The notes below the pieces were generated by a model. That model was not told the origin of the DNA, did not search any database, and saw nothing but the letters and a program-made list of their open reading frames with translations. This document shows positions 1 to 8,470 of a stretch of 64,000 nt of DNA, piece by piece. A program made the translations under genes and the position numbers. Numbering within the stretch: position 1 is the stretch's first letter; every line of letters starts with the position of its first letter. The stretch comes from an uncultured Clostridia bacterium (GTDB lineage Bacteria; Bacillota; Clostridia; Oscillospirales; CAG-272), in assembly GCA_944384585.1 (NCBI GenBank), contig CALWTY010000002.1, positions 27,541 through 91,540 of the forward strand, in the 5' to 3' direction.

Positions 1-317
1 TGTCCGACGCCGCAGTTGTATTTTTCCTTCATGTACAGGATCCTCTCAAAGGTCTTGGTCTCGATTCCGTTTTCCGAGGATTGCTCGGCGAAGACGTCAG
101 TGATATCGAGAGGCGTGTAGTTGGTCCAGCTTGTGCAAAGGATCGTAAACAGCTTGCCGTCCATGTCCTTCGGCGGAAGAGCGGGCCGCGGCTCGTCGCT
201 GTCGGAGGGAGGGGAGGGCGCTGCCGTCGTGTCGGTGACAGGCTTTTCCATGACAGTGCAGGCGACCGTCGTCATCAGGAGAAGAACCGCAAAAACGAGG
301 CATAGGCGTTTTAACAT
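1..317 (-). CDS. secreted lipoprotein, N-terminal part only (gene runs off left edge); possibly a solute-binding lipoprotein
   Basis: The reverse-strand ATG at 317-315 gives MLKRLCLVFAVLLLMTTVAC..., a signal peptide with a lipobox Cys followed by a Pro/Ser/Asp linker. The frame stays open to position 1. It is absent from the ORF track because no stop lies in the window. Confidence 0.5.
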   Translation of the reverse strand, partial: MLKRLCLVFAVLLLMTTVACTVMEKPVTDTTAAPSPPSDSDEPRPALPPKDMDGKLFTILCTSWTNYTPLDITDVFAEQSSENGIETKTFERILYMKEKYNCGVG

Positions 318-488
318 AAGCACATCTCATCCTTTCATGGCTTTCTGTTCTCATTGTATCACAGCCCGCTGCAATCCGAAATGCCGATAATTGACTTGTG
401 ATTTAACAATTATTGATATCTGAACAGAGGGAATATTCCAAAAATCTGAAATCTCCTTCATAATTTGCCTTTTTCATACAATTTTTGC

Positions 489-517
489 TTGACTGCTTTG
501 CCGTAATCGCATATAAT
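489..517 (+). promoter_or_regulatory. sigma-A type promoter upstream of the AraC-family gene
   Basis: TTGACT (489-494), 17-nt spacer, TATAAT (512-517), about 55 nt upstream of the ATG at 571. Confidence 0.4.
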
Positions 518-570
518 TGATATGTAAGCAGCCGAATACGTTTGGCATTTATTGACATCCGGAGGCCCCG

Positions 571-1503
571 ATGAATCTGAATACCTTTTCGCCCTATATC
601 CGCGTGGCGACGCCGGCGACGCTGATCTCCCCCTGCATCATTTATCCCCGCGTTCTGCTTGATTATGAGCTGATCTATATTGAAGAAGGGAAATGCATGA
701 TCACCTACGAGGGGGAGGAATTCGTCGCGAAAAAAAACGACGTGGTGTTTTTCCGCCCCAATATCACCCATAAGATCGAGCTGTTCCCCGGCATCAATCT
801 CTCGCAGCCTCATGTCCATTTCGACATCGATTTCGACCGCTACAGCGCCGAGGTGTATGTCTGCTTCAAAAACCGGGAGGATCTGAGCGAGACCGATTGG
901 AGGATGATGCGGAAGGATATCTTTTCCGGGATGCCCCAGCCCTCCCCGATCATCAGGGTGTCCGATCCTCCCCTCTTCAGGAGGCTGTTCTATGAGATCA
1001 TCGAGATCAGCCGCTATAAGCCGCCCCTGCATCAGATCACCTCCAAATCCCGCATGATCGAGCTGCTCGGGCTGATCATCCGGGACAACTTTCCCGATTA
1101 TTTTGAGGAGTCCCCCGGAACCGCCGAGTTTGATATGGCGACGGTCAAAAATTATATCGATTTCAACTTCCGAAACGCCCTGTCGCTGGAGGCGTTGAGC
1201 AATCAGTTCAATTACAATAAATATTATATCCTCCGCCGGTTCCGGAAGCGCTACGGCGTGACGCCGATTCAGTATTATAACGATCTGCGGCTGTCGGAGG
1301 CGCAAAAGCTCCTCGATTCCCATTCCGTCACCGAGGTGGCGGATATGCTGAAATTTTCCTCGATCTATGCCTTCAGCCGCGCCTTCAAGGGAAAATACGG
1401 GCTCAGTCCGACGCAATACCGCGAGAGGCTGCGGAGCGTTCCGGAGCCGTCGGATCCCGAAAGCGACGGGGAGGGAACGGTTGACAAATCCGTGGATTTG
1501 TGA
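571..1503 (+). CDS. AraC family transcriptional regulator (cupin-like N-domain plus C-terminal double HTH)
   Basis: The C-terminus VKNYIDFNFRNALSLEALSNQFNYNKYYILRRFRKRYGVTPIQYYNDLRLSEAQKLL...IYAFSRAFKGKYGLSPTQYR is the canonical AraC HTH pair. Confidence 0.9.
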   Translation: MNLNTFSPYIRVATPATLISPCIIYPRVLLDYELIYIEEGKCMITYEGEEFVAKKNDVVFFRPNITHKIELFPGINLSQPHVHFDIDFDRYSAEVYVCFKNREDLSETDWRMMRKDIFSGMPQPSPIIRVSDPPLFRRLFYEIIEISRYKPPLHQITSKSRMIELLGLIIRDNFPDYFEESPGTAEFDMATVKNYIDFNFRNALSLEALSNQFNYNKYYILRRFRKRYGVTPIQYYNDLRLSEAQKLLDSHSVTEVADMLKFSSIYAFSRAFKGKYGLSPTQYRERLRSVPEPSDPESDGEGTVDKSVDL

Positions 1504-1800
1504 TATGATTAGTATATGTTCACACAGCGCCCGATCCGATGTCAAGGGGAGAGACACGTCCGATCAAAGACCCGGCAAGCGACTCTCCGGCGCGCTGTGA
1601 GAAAGGCTCTCCGTGATCATTCTGACCGCGGGGCAGCGGCTTGCCGCGCTCCGGTCTTCTTCGCGCCTCCGCTCCGATCGGGAATCAGAAGCGCCGGTTC
1701 GGATGCGGGGCGCTTTGTCGGAGCGGCAGCCGGTCTGCCGCCCGGAGGAAATTACTGTATTTTGCGGGAAAGGAAAGCCATTTGGCTGCTGGCTGCATTT

Positions 1801-2556
1801 ATGAAAGACGAAAAAACCCTTGCGTTTATCAACTTTTACGCGATCCTCGGCGCTCTGTCGGAGCTTTGCCGCCTCGATAAGGGGGCGGCGGCGCTGATTG
1901 CGGACAAACGGATCTCAGTCGGGATCTCGGTCAAGGACGGCCCTTGCGGGACGCTCCTCTTCGAAAAAGGAGAATGCCGTGTCCTGCAGGGTGTCGGAAG
2001 CGTTAACATCCGTCTCCCCTTCTCAAGCTGCGCGAAATTCAACGGCATGATCGACGGGACCGTCACCCCGATCCCCTCGAAGGGCTTTACCAAAATCAGC
2101 TTTCTGACGAAGCAGTTTACCATGCTGACCGATATGCTGACGCGATATCTCCGCCCGCGGGAGGAGGATCTGGCCGATCCCGATTTCTTCCGCATCAGCA
2201 CCTATCTGACTTTCTATGTCGTGTCGGAGGCGATCTCCCAGATCGGCAACCACGATGCGATCGGCAAGGCCAGCGCCTCCTATATTGTCGACGGAACTGC
2301 CAAGCTCGCGATCGGGGAGGAGCTCGGCGCCGCCGTGGTCGCAAAGGATCATTGCCTGACCACCGTCCACGCCATGCCCGACCGCTTTTTCTCCTACATG
2401 ATCTTTGAGGATCTGGCGCTGGCGAACGATCTCTTCGCGGGACGGGTCAACAGTGTTGCCTGCGTCGGAATGGGCAGGATCCGCATCGGCGGCATGATCT
2501 CTCAGGTCGACAATATCAACCGCATCCTCGACCGTGTCTCGCTTTATCTCGCTTAA
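1801..2556 (+). CDS. hypothetical protein, start uncertain (possible SCP2/sterol-carrier-like fold)
   Basis: The translation is protein-like from MKDEKTLAFINFYAILGAL onward. The 1516-1800 part of the tracked ORF is Arg/Ala-rich junk. The alternative TTG at 1762 lies 12 nt after a GGAGGA. Confidence 0.5.
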   Translation: MKDEKTLAFINFYAILGALSELCRLDKGAAALIADKRISVGISVKDGPCGTLLFEKGECRVLQGVGSVNIRLPFSSCAKFNGMIDGTVTPIPSKGFTKISFLTKQFTMLTDMLTRYLRPREEDLADPDFFRISTYLTFYVVSEAISQIGNHDAIGKASASYIVDGTAKLAIGEELGAAVVAKDHCLTTVHAMPDRFFSYMIFEDLALANDLFAGRVNSVACVGMGRIRIGGMISQVDNINRILDRVSLYLA

Positions 2557-2583
2557 ATACCGAACAGGAAGGGCAGAATTATC

Positions 2584-3834
2584 ATGTTCAAGATCAATGA
2601 TTATACCAAAAGCCGCGAGGCGTTTCTTCGCGCCGAGAAGGTGATCCCTTCCGGCATCTACGGCCATCAGGGACCGACGGAGGGCTGCTATGTCCCTGTC
2701 GAGGCCTTCCCTCTCTTCTCGGAACGGGCGCAGGGGAGTTATTTCTGGGATGTCGACGGCAATCGCTTTATCGATTATATGTGCGGATACGGGCCGAATA
2801 TCCTCGGCTATAACGATCCCGATGTTGACGCGGCGGCGGCCGCACAGCGGAAGCTGGAGGACTGCGTTACCATCCCCGGCACCAAGATGATCGAGTTTGC
2901 CGAGCTGCTGGTCGATACTGTCCACAGCGCCGACTGGGCGTTCTTTGCCAAGAACGGAAACGACGTGACCACCATGGCGGTCATGGTCTCAAGAGCCTAT
3001 ACCCACAGAAAGAAGATCGTCTTTTTCAAGGGCTATTATCACGGCATCTCCCCCTGGACGCAGAAGATCGACTATGCCGGCGTTACTCCGGAGGATGTTT
3101 CGAATAACATCTACCTCGACTGGAACGACGCAGATGCGCTCGCAAGGACCTTTGATGAGAACAAGGGGCAGATCGCGGCGGTCATCGCCCAGCCCTATAT
3201 GCACAACAATTTCATGGACAACACCCTGCCGGAAAAGGATTTCTGGCAGAAGGCGCGGAAGCTCTGCACCGAGAACGATACCGTTCTGATTATCGACGAC
3301 GTGCGGGCGGGCTTCCGTCTTGACCTTGCCGGCTCGGATCATTATTTCGGCTTTGAGGCGGATCTGATCTGCTTCTGCAAGGCGCTGGCCAACGGCTATA
3401 ACGTCTCGGCGCTCTGCGGGAAGAATTTTCTGAAAAACGCTGCCTCCTCCCTTTCCTATACCGGCAGCTATTGGCTCTCCTCTGTCCCCTTTGCGGCGGG
3501 CATTGCCTGCCTGAACAAGCTGAAGGCGCTGAACTGCCCGCAGCTTCTGATTGAGAAAGGCACGCGGCTGAAGGAAGGGCTGATCGCGGCGGCAGCCAAA
3601 TACGGCTTTGACCTGCGGGTCACCGGCGTCCCCTCCCTCTTCTATCTGCGGATTGCCGACGATCCCTCGCTGATGCTCCATCAGGAATGGATCGCGGAAT
3701 GCGTCAAGCGCGGAGTCTTTTTCACCAATCATCACAACCACTTCATCAACGCCTCACTCACCGACGAGGATATCGCGGAGACGGTGGCGGTGGCGGAGGA
3801 GGCGTTCTCCGTTGTCAGAGACCGTCATTCCTGA
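2584..3834 (+). CDS. class-III (glutamate-1-semialdehyde aminomutase-like) PLP-dependent aminotransferase
   Basis: N-terminal AEKVIPSGIYGHQGP...GSYFWDVDGNRFIDYMCGYGPNILGY, then LIIDDVRAGFR and CFCKALANGYN (PLP lysine context). RBS GAAGGG precedes the ATG. Confidence 0.85.
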   Translation: MFKINDYTKSREAFLRAEKVIPSGIYGHQGPTEGCYVPVEAFPLFSERAQGSYFWDVDGNRFIDYMCGYGPNILGYNDPDVDAAAAAQRKLEDCVTIPGTKMIEFAELLVDTVHSADWAFFAKNGNDVTTMAVMVSRAYTHRKKIVFFKGYYHGISPWTQKIDYAGVTPEDVSNNIYLDWNDADALARTFDENKGQIAAVIAQPYMHNNFMDNTLPEKDFWQKARKLCTENDTVLIIDDVRAGFRLDLAGSDHYFGFEADLICFCKALANGYNVSALCGKNFLKNAASSLSYTGSYWLSSVPFAAGIACLNKLKALNCPQLLIEKGTRLKEGLIAAAAKYGFDLRVTGVPSLFYLRIADDPSLMLHQEWIAECVKRGVFFTNHHNHFINASLTDEDIAETVAVAEEAFSVVRDRHS

Positions 3835-3975
3835 CGAGCCTGCCTGACGGAGGAACCGGGCTGATCCGACGGGCGGAGGATGCCGCCGCGGGTCGGCGCA
3901 CCGCCTCTTCCGCCGGGATATGAGGTCACAATATCCCGGTATCCCCGTTGCCGGAAGTAATACAGAGGAAACATT

Positions 3976-5469
3976 ATGCTCAATACCGCAATCAGAGAAC
4001 TTGTCGCATATGGAGAAAAAAACGGCCTTCTGACGGCTGACGACCGTGTTTATACGATCAATCGTCTGCTGGAGGCGCTCGGCCTTGACGGCTATGAAGA
4101 GCCGGATCGACTCCCCGCCGGGCGGGAGCTTTGCGTGATTCTGAAGGAGCTGACCGACGATGCGGTCGCAAGGGGACTGTGCGGCGACGGGATCGTCGAG
4201 CGCGATCTCTTTGATACCCGTCTGATGGGGCTGCTGATGCCCCGTCCCGGCGAGGTGATCGGACAATTCAAAGCCCTCTGTGCCGAATCGTCGGAGGCGG
4301 CGACCGATTGGTACTATCGGCTGAGCTGCGACAGCAACTATATCCGCCGCGACCGGATCCGCAAGGATAAGAAGTGGAAGCTCGATACGGAATACGGCGA
4401 GCTTGACATCACCATCAATCTCTCCAAGCCCGAAAAAGATCCCAAGGCCATCGCGGCTGCCAAGAAAATGAAGCAGAGCGGCTATCCGAAGTGCGCGCTC
4501 TGCCGTGAAAACGAGGGCTATGCGGGGACGCTGACCGCCGCCGCGCGGCAGAATCACAGGATCATCCCGGTGACGATCAACGGCAGCGATTGGTTCTTCC
4601 AGTATTCTCCGTATGTCTATTACAATGAGCATTGCATCGTTTTCAATTCCGAGCATACCCCGATGGCGATCAATCGGGCCACCTTCCGCAAGCTGCTTGA
4701 TTTCGTCACCCTGTTCCCGCATTACTTTGTCGGCTCAAACGCCGATCTGCCGATCGTCGGCGGGTCGATTCTGACGCACGATCATTTTCAGGGCGGCCGC
4801 TATACCTTTGCCATGGCGAAGGCGCCGATTGAGCGGCCGATCACCTTCCGCGGCTTTGACGACGTGGAGGCGGGGATTGTCAGATGGCCGATGGCCTGTA
4901 TCCGTCTCCGTGCGGGGGACAGCGAGCGGCTGGTCGAGCTGGCCGACCGGATTCTTGCCGCATGGCGGGGCTATACCGACCCCGATGCCTTTATCTTTGC
5001 CGAGACCGACGGGGAAAAGCACAACACCGTCACGCCGATCGCCCGCCGCCGCGGGGAGGATTTCGAGCTGGATCTCGTGCTTCGCAACAACATCACGACG
5101 GAAGAGCATCCGCTCGGAGTGTTTCATCCTCATGCCGAGCTGCATCATATCAAGAAGGAGAACATCGGGCTGATCGAGGTGATGGGGCTTGCGGTGCTTC
5201 CCGCCCGGCTGAAGGGAGAGATGGAGGCGTTGGCGGAGGGCATCCGCAGCGGCGCCGATCTCTACGCCGATCCCCTTACCGAAAAGCACGCAGACTGGGC
5301 CTACGGCTTTATGAAGAAGTACGGAACGCTTCGCGGGGAGGAGATCGGATCGGTCATCGAGAAGGAGATCGGGCTGGTCTTTGCAAGGGTGCTGGAGGAT
5401 GCCGGCGTTTATAAATGCACCCCCGAGGGCAGAGAAGCCTTCCTGCGCTTTCTTGACAGCGTGAATTGA
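3976..5469 (+). CDS. galT: UDP-glucose--hexose-1-phosphate uridylyltransferase (Gram-positive type-2 GalT)
   Basis: 497 aa. It shows the type-2 GalT pattern: LVAYGEKNGLL, YPKCALCRENEGY, FFQYSPYVYYNEHCIVF, GGSILTHDHFQGG. Confidence 0.9.
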   Translation: MLNTAIRELVAYGEKNGLLTADDRVYTINRLLEALGLDGYEEPDRLPAGRELCVILKELTDDAVARGLCGDGIVERDLFDTRLMGLLMPRPGEVIGQFKALCAESSEAATDWYYRLSCDSNYIRRDRIRKDKKWKLDTEYGELDITINLSKPEKDPKAIAAAKKMKQSGYPKCALCRENEGYAGTLTAAARQNHRIIPVTINGSDWFFQYSPYVYYNEHCIVFNSEHTPMAINRATFRKLLDFVTLFPHYFVGSNADLPIVGGSILTHDHFQGGRYTFAMAKAPIERPITFRGFDDVEAGIVRWPMACIRLRAGDSERLVELADRILAAWRGYTDPDAFIFAETDGEKHNTVTPIARRRGEDFELDLVLRNNITTEEHPLGVFHPHAELHHIKKENIGLIEVMGLAVLPARLKGEMEALAEGIRSGADLYADPLTEKHADWAYGFMKKYGTLRGEEIGSVIEKEIGLVFARVLEDAGVYKCTPEGREAFLRFLDSVN

Positions 5470-5472
5470 TCA

Positions 5473-5628
5473 AGGCGGCGCATCGGAAAAGGGAAAAAAT
5501 GCCGCGCCGTCGCAGGATCGCGGCGCAACGGAAACAGAAAACAGGATGCCGCGCCGTCGCAGGATCGCGGTGCAACGGAAACAGAAAACAGGATGCCGCG
5601 CCGTCGCAGGATCGCGGCGCAACGGAAA
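5473..5628. repeat. 47-bp tandem repeat, about 3.5 copies, each unit holding a GCCGCG-N12-CGCGGC hairpin
   Basis: The unit ATGCCGCGCCGTCGCAGGATCGCGG(C/T)GCAACGGAAACAGAAAACAGG starts at 5499, 5546 and 5593. A degenerate half unit lies at 5473-5498. Confidence 0.85.
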
Positions 5629-5630
5629 AG

Positions 5631-5665
5631 AACCCCTCCCCCGCAAGTGCTGTGGGGGAGGGGTT
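5631..5665. terminator. 12-bp perfect-stem hairpin between the convergent galT and pcrA genes
   Basis: AACCCCTCCCCC (5631-5642), 11-nt loop, GGGGGAGGGGTT (5654-5665). The minus-strand reading is followed by CTTTTCC. Confidence 0.6.
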
Positions 5666-5757
5666 CGGTTGTATCATACAGTTTGTTTCTGCTGTTCGGA
5701 GCATTCCGCCGCAGAGCCTTCCGTCGGGGAAGGCCGCACCGGGGGGAGGAGCAGCCG

Positions 5758-8148
5758 CTATTCGGCGCAGCGCTTCAGTTTCGCGTAGGTTGCCATCAGC
5801 TTCTTCGTGCCGACATCGTCGAAGGCGATCTCATAGAGAACATCGGTTCCCATCTCACGGGCAGACGTGATCGTTCCGTCTCCGAAGGTCGTGTGCGAGA
5901 CGCGGTCTCCGACACGGAAATGCTCGAAGGATTTGCTGCCTACCGTGGATTTGAGCGCAGGGCGGGTGAAGAATTCCTTGGAGATAACGTTTTTTCGCTT
6001 TCTTGCCGTTGCCTGCGGAGCAGGGGCGGGACGTTTTTCCTCGTCGACGGTCTTGCAGTTCTCCGGAATCTCGGTAATGAAGCGGGAGAGCTGGTTATAC
6101 TGCGTTCTGCCGTACATCAGACGCTCCCGGACATGGATGCAGTAGAGCTTTTCCCTGGCTCTGGTAATCGCCACATAGGCAAGCCTCCGCTCCTCCTCCA
6201 GCTCGTCGGGGAAGGAGATGGCCTGGACGCCGGGGAAGATTCCCTCCTCAACGCCGGGCAGGAAGACCACCGGGAATTCAAGCCCCTTGGCGCTGTGGAT
6301 GGTCATGAGGACGACGGCGTTGTCCTCGTCGTCGTAGTTGTCAATATCGGTCAGCAGCGCCGTTTCCTCAAGGAAGGTCTCAAGTCCGCCCCCCTCCGGG
6401 TGGCTTTTTTCAAACTCCACGGCGTTTGTGACAAGCTCTCTTACGTTGTTGAGGCGTTCGGCTTCCTCCTCGCCGCCTGCCAGCAGCATCGCGCGGTAGC
6501 CGGTCATCTCAATGGTCTGCTCGAAAAGCTCCGAGAGAGAGACGGTCCCGTTGAGCTCGCGGAGGCGTTCGATCACCCCGACAAAATCCTTGATCTTGGG
6601 GGCGCTTTTGCAGATCTGGGGATAGGTAGAGGCCGACTTCATGACGGCATACATACTCAGCCCGTTGACGGAGGCGAGGTATTCGATGTCGGAAACGGTC
6701 TTATCCCCGATTTTGCGCTTCGGTTCGTTGATGATGCGCTTGAGGCGCTGATCGTCGGCGGGGTTGTTGATGACCGCGAGATAGGCCATGATGTCGCGGA
6801 TCTCCTTCCGCTCGTAGAAGCGCGTTCCGCCGATCACCCGATGGGGAATGCCGCTGCGGGAGAAGAGATTCTCCAGGCTGTTGGACTGAGCGTTTGTGCG
6901 GTACAGTACGGCGAAGTCGCTGTAGCGCCGCTTTTCCCGGATCACCATATCGATGATCTTGTTGATGATGTATTTGGCCTCATCGCTCTGGGTCTCGCAC
7001 TTTTTGACGATGATCTTTTCCCCCTCGCCGCGGGAGGAGAAGAGGGTCTTGTCGTGACGGCTGCGATTGTTCCGGATCACGCCGTTTGCGGCGTCGAGGA
7101 TGGCGGAGGTGGAGCGATAATTCTGCTCCAGTCGGATGACCGTTGCGTCGGGATATTCCCGATCGAAGTTGAGGATATTCTCAATCGTCGCGCCGCGGAA
7201 CTTATAGATGCTCTGATCGTCGTCCCCCACCACCATCAGATTCCGCCGGCGGGCCGACAGCAGCTTCACCAGCTCAAGCTGGGCGAAGTTGGTGTCCTGG
7301 AACTCATCGACGCTGACGTAGCGGAAGCGCTTCTGACAGAAGTCCCGCGCCTCCTCGTTTTCCCGGAGCAGACGGACGGTCTGCATGATGATATCGTCGA
7401 AGTCGAGGGCGTTTGCGGCGGCGAGCTTCTTCTGATAGAGCGTATAGAGGGCGGCAATCTGCGACTGTCTGAAATCCGAACCGATCTCCGCAGAAAAAAT
7501 CTGGGGGGTCTTGAGATTGTTTTTCAGGGTGCTGATCTGGGAGAGGAGGGATTTGACGGGGAAATTCTTCTCGTCGATCCGGCACTCCTTCATGCAGCTC
7601 TGAAGCAGACGCTTGGAATCGTCGGTATCATAGATGGTGAAGCCGCGGGAATAGTCGAGGCTTTCCCCGAAGCGGCGGAGCAGCCGCACGCAGACCGAGT
7701 GGAAGGTGCCGGCCCAGATCTCGTCGGTGTATTCCTCCCCGATGGCGGAGGCCAGACGGGTTTTCATCTCGTTTGCCGCTTTGTTGGTGAAGGTGATGCA
7801 GAGGATTGCCCACGGCGGACAGGAATCGGTGACATACTCGCTCAGGATATCCGCAATCTCTTCACTCGACAGCGCCTGAGCCTCTTCGAGACGGGCAGCC
7901 TCCGCGTCGTCCATCCCCTCGGGAACGGTGTCGTCGAAATAGGCATTTCCGTATCGGATGATATGGGCGATGCGGTTGACAAGAACGGTGGTCTTGCCGG
8001 TTCCGGCGCCCGCGAGGACGAGCAGAGGGCCGTTTACGGTGAAGACCGCCTCCTGCTGCTGCGGGTTGAGTGAATCGTACAGCTTATGAAAAAGCGCCCG
8101 TTTTGCACTTTGAAAGCGTTGAGCGGTATTTTCGTTGCGAATGTCCAT
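5758..8148 (-). CDS. pcrA: ATP-dependent DNA helicase PcrA (UvrD family)
   Basis: LNPQQQEAVFTVNGPLLVLAGAGTGKTTVLVNRIAH (Walker A), DEFQDTN, VMTIHSAKGLEFPVVFL, RLAYVAITRAREKL. The start is set at MDIRNE (ATG 8148), which is preceded by GGAGG. Confidence 0.92.
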   Translation of the reverse strand: MDIRNENTAQRFQSAKRALFHKLYDSLNPQQQEAVFTVNGPLLVLAGAGTGKTTVLVNRIAHIIRYGNAYFDDTVPEGMDDAEAARLEEAQALSSEEIADILSEYVTDSCPPWAILCITFTNKAANEMKTRLASAIGEEYTDEIWAGTFHSVCVRLLRRFGESLDYSRGFTIYDTDDSKRLLQSCMKECRIDEKNFPVKSLLSQISTLKNNLKTPQIFSAEIGSDFRQSQIAALYTLYQKKLAAANALDFDDIIMQTVRLLRENEEARDFCQKRFRYVSVDEFQDTNFAQLELVKLLSARRRNLMVVGDDDQSIYKFRGATIENILNFDREYPDATVIRLEQNYRSTSAILDAANGVIRNNRSRHDKTLFSSRGEGEKIIVKKCETQSDEAKYIINKIIDMVIREKRRYSDFAVLYRTNAQSNSLENLFSRSGIPHRVIGGTRFYERKEIRDIMAYLAVINNPADDQRLKRIINEPKRKIGDKTVSDIEYLASVNGLSMYAVMKSASTYPQICKSAPKIKDFVGVIERLRELNGTVSLSELFEQTIEMTGYRAMLLAGGEEEAERLNNVRELVTNAVEFEKSHPEGGGLETFLEETALLTDIDNYDDEDNAVVLMTIHSAKGLEFPVVFLPGVEEGIFPGVQAISFPDELEEERRLAYVAITRAREKLYCIHVRERLMYGRTQYNQLSRFITEIPENCKTVDEEKRPAPAPQATARKRKNVISKEFFTRPALKSTVGSKSFEHFRVGDRVSHTTFGDGTITSAREMGTDVLYEIAFDDVGTKKLMATYAKLKRCAE

Positions 8149-8470
8149 TTTACCTCCGTGCCGCATGATCGCGGACAAACAAAAAACCGGCGGCGTAAGA
8201 GAAACGACCGATTTTTTGCAGAATCATACAGGAATATTATATCACATCGGAGGTTGAGTGTCAAGGCAAATTGTACTTTTCTTGAACAAATTGTAGAAAA
8301 AAGAAAAACAATCCATATATAATTTGTGTTTATGACGAAAATCATAAGGAAAGGCGGGTCGATCTCGTTCGCCGCTGAAACGGGGAGCGAAAGACCCGCC
8401 GAAGGGGAACGGGGGTGCTGCGGGAAGCGCAGCCGCCGTTCCCGAAAGGCAGCCGGACGGTTTTTCCGAT

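Noticed and set aside
403-1557. 384-aa minus-strand ORF overlapping the AraC-family gene
   Set aside because: It is antisense to a gene with a canonical AraC HTH pair. No motifs or RBS were seen.
5473-5628. Possible CRISPR array
   Set aside because: The 47-bp units are directly adjacent with no unique spacers, there are only about 3.5 copies, and no cas genes are present in the window.
5593-8073. 826-aa plus-strand ORF opposite pcrA
   Set aside because: It is a shadow ORF on the antisense strand of a high-GC gene. The translation is G/R/D/E/L-rich with no motifs, whereas the minus frame carries every PcrA helicase motif.
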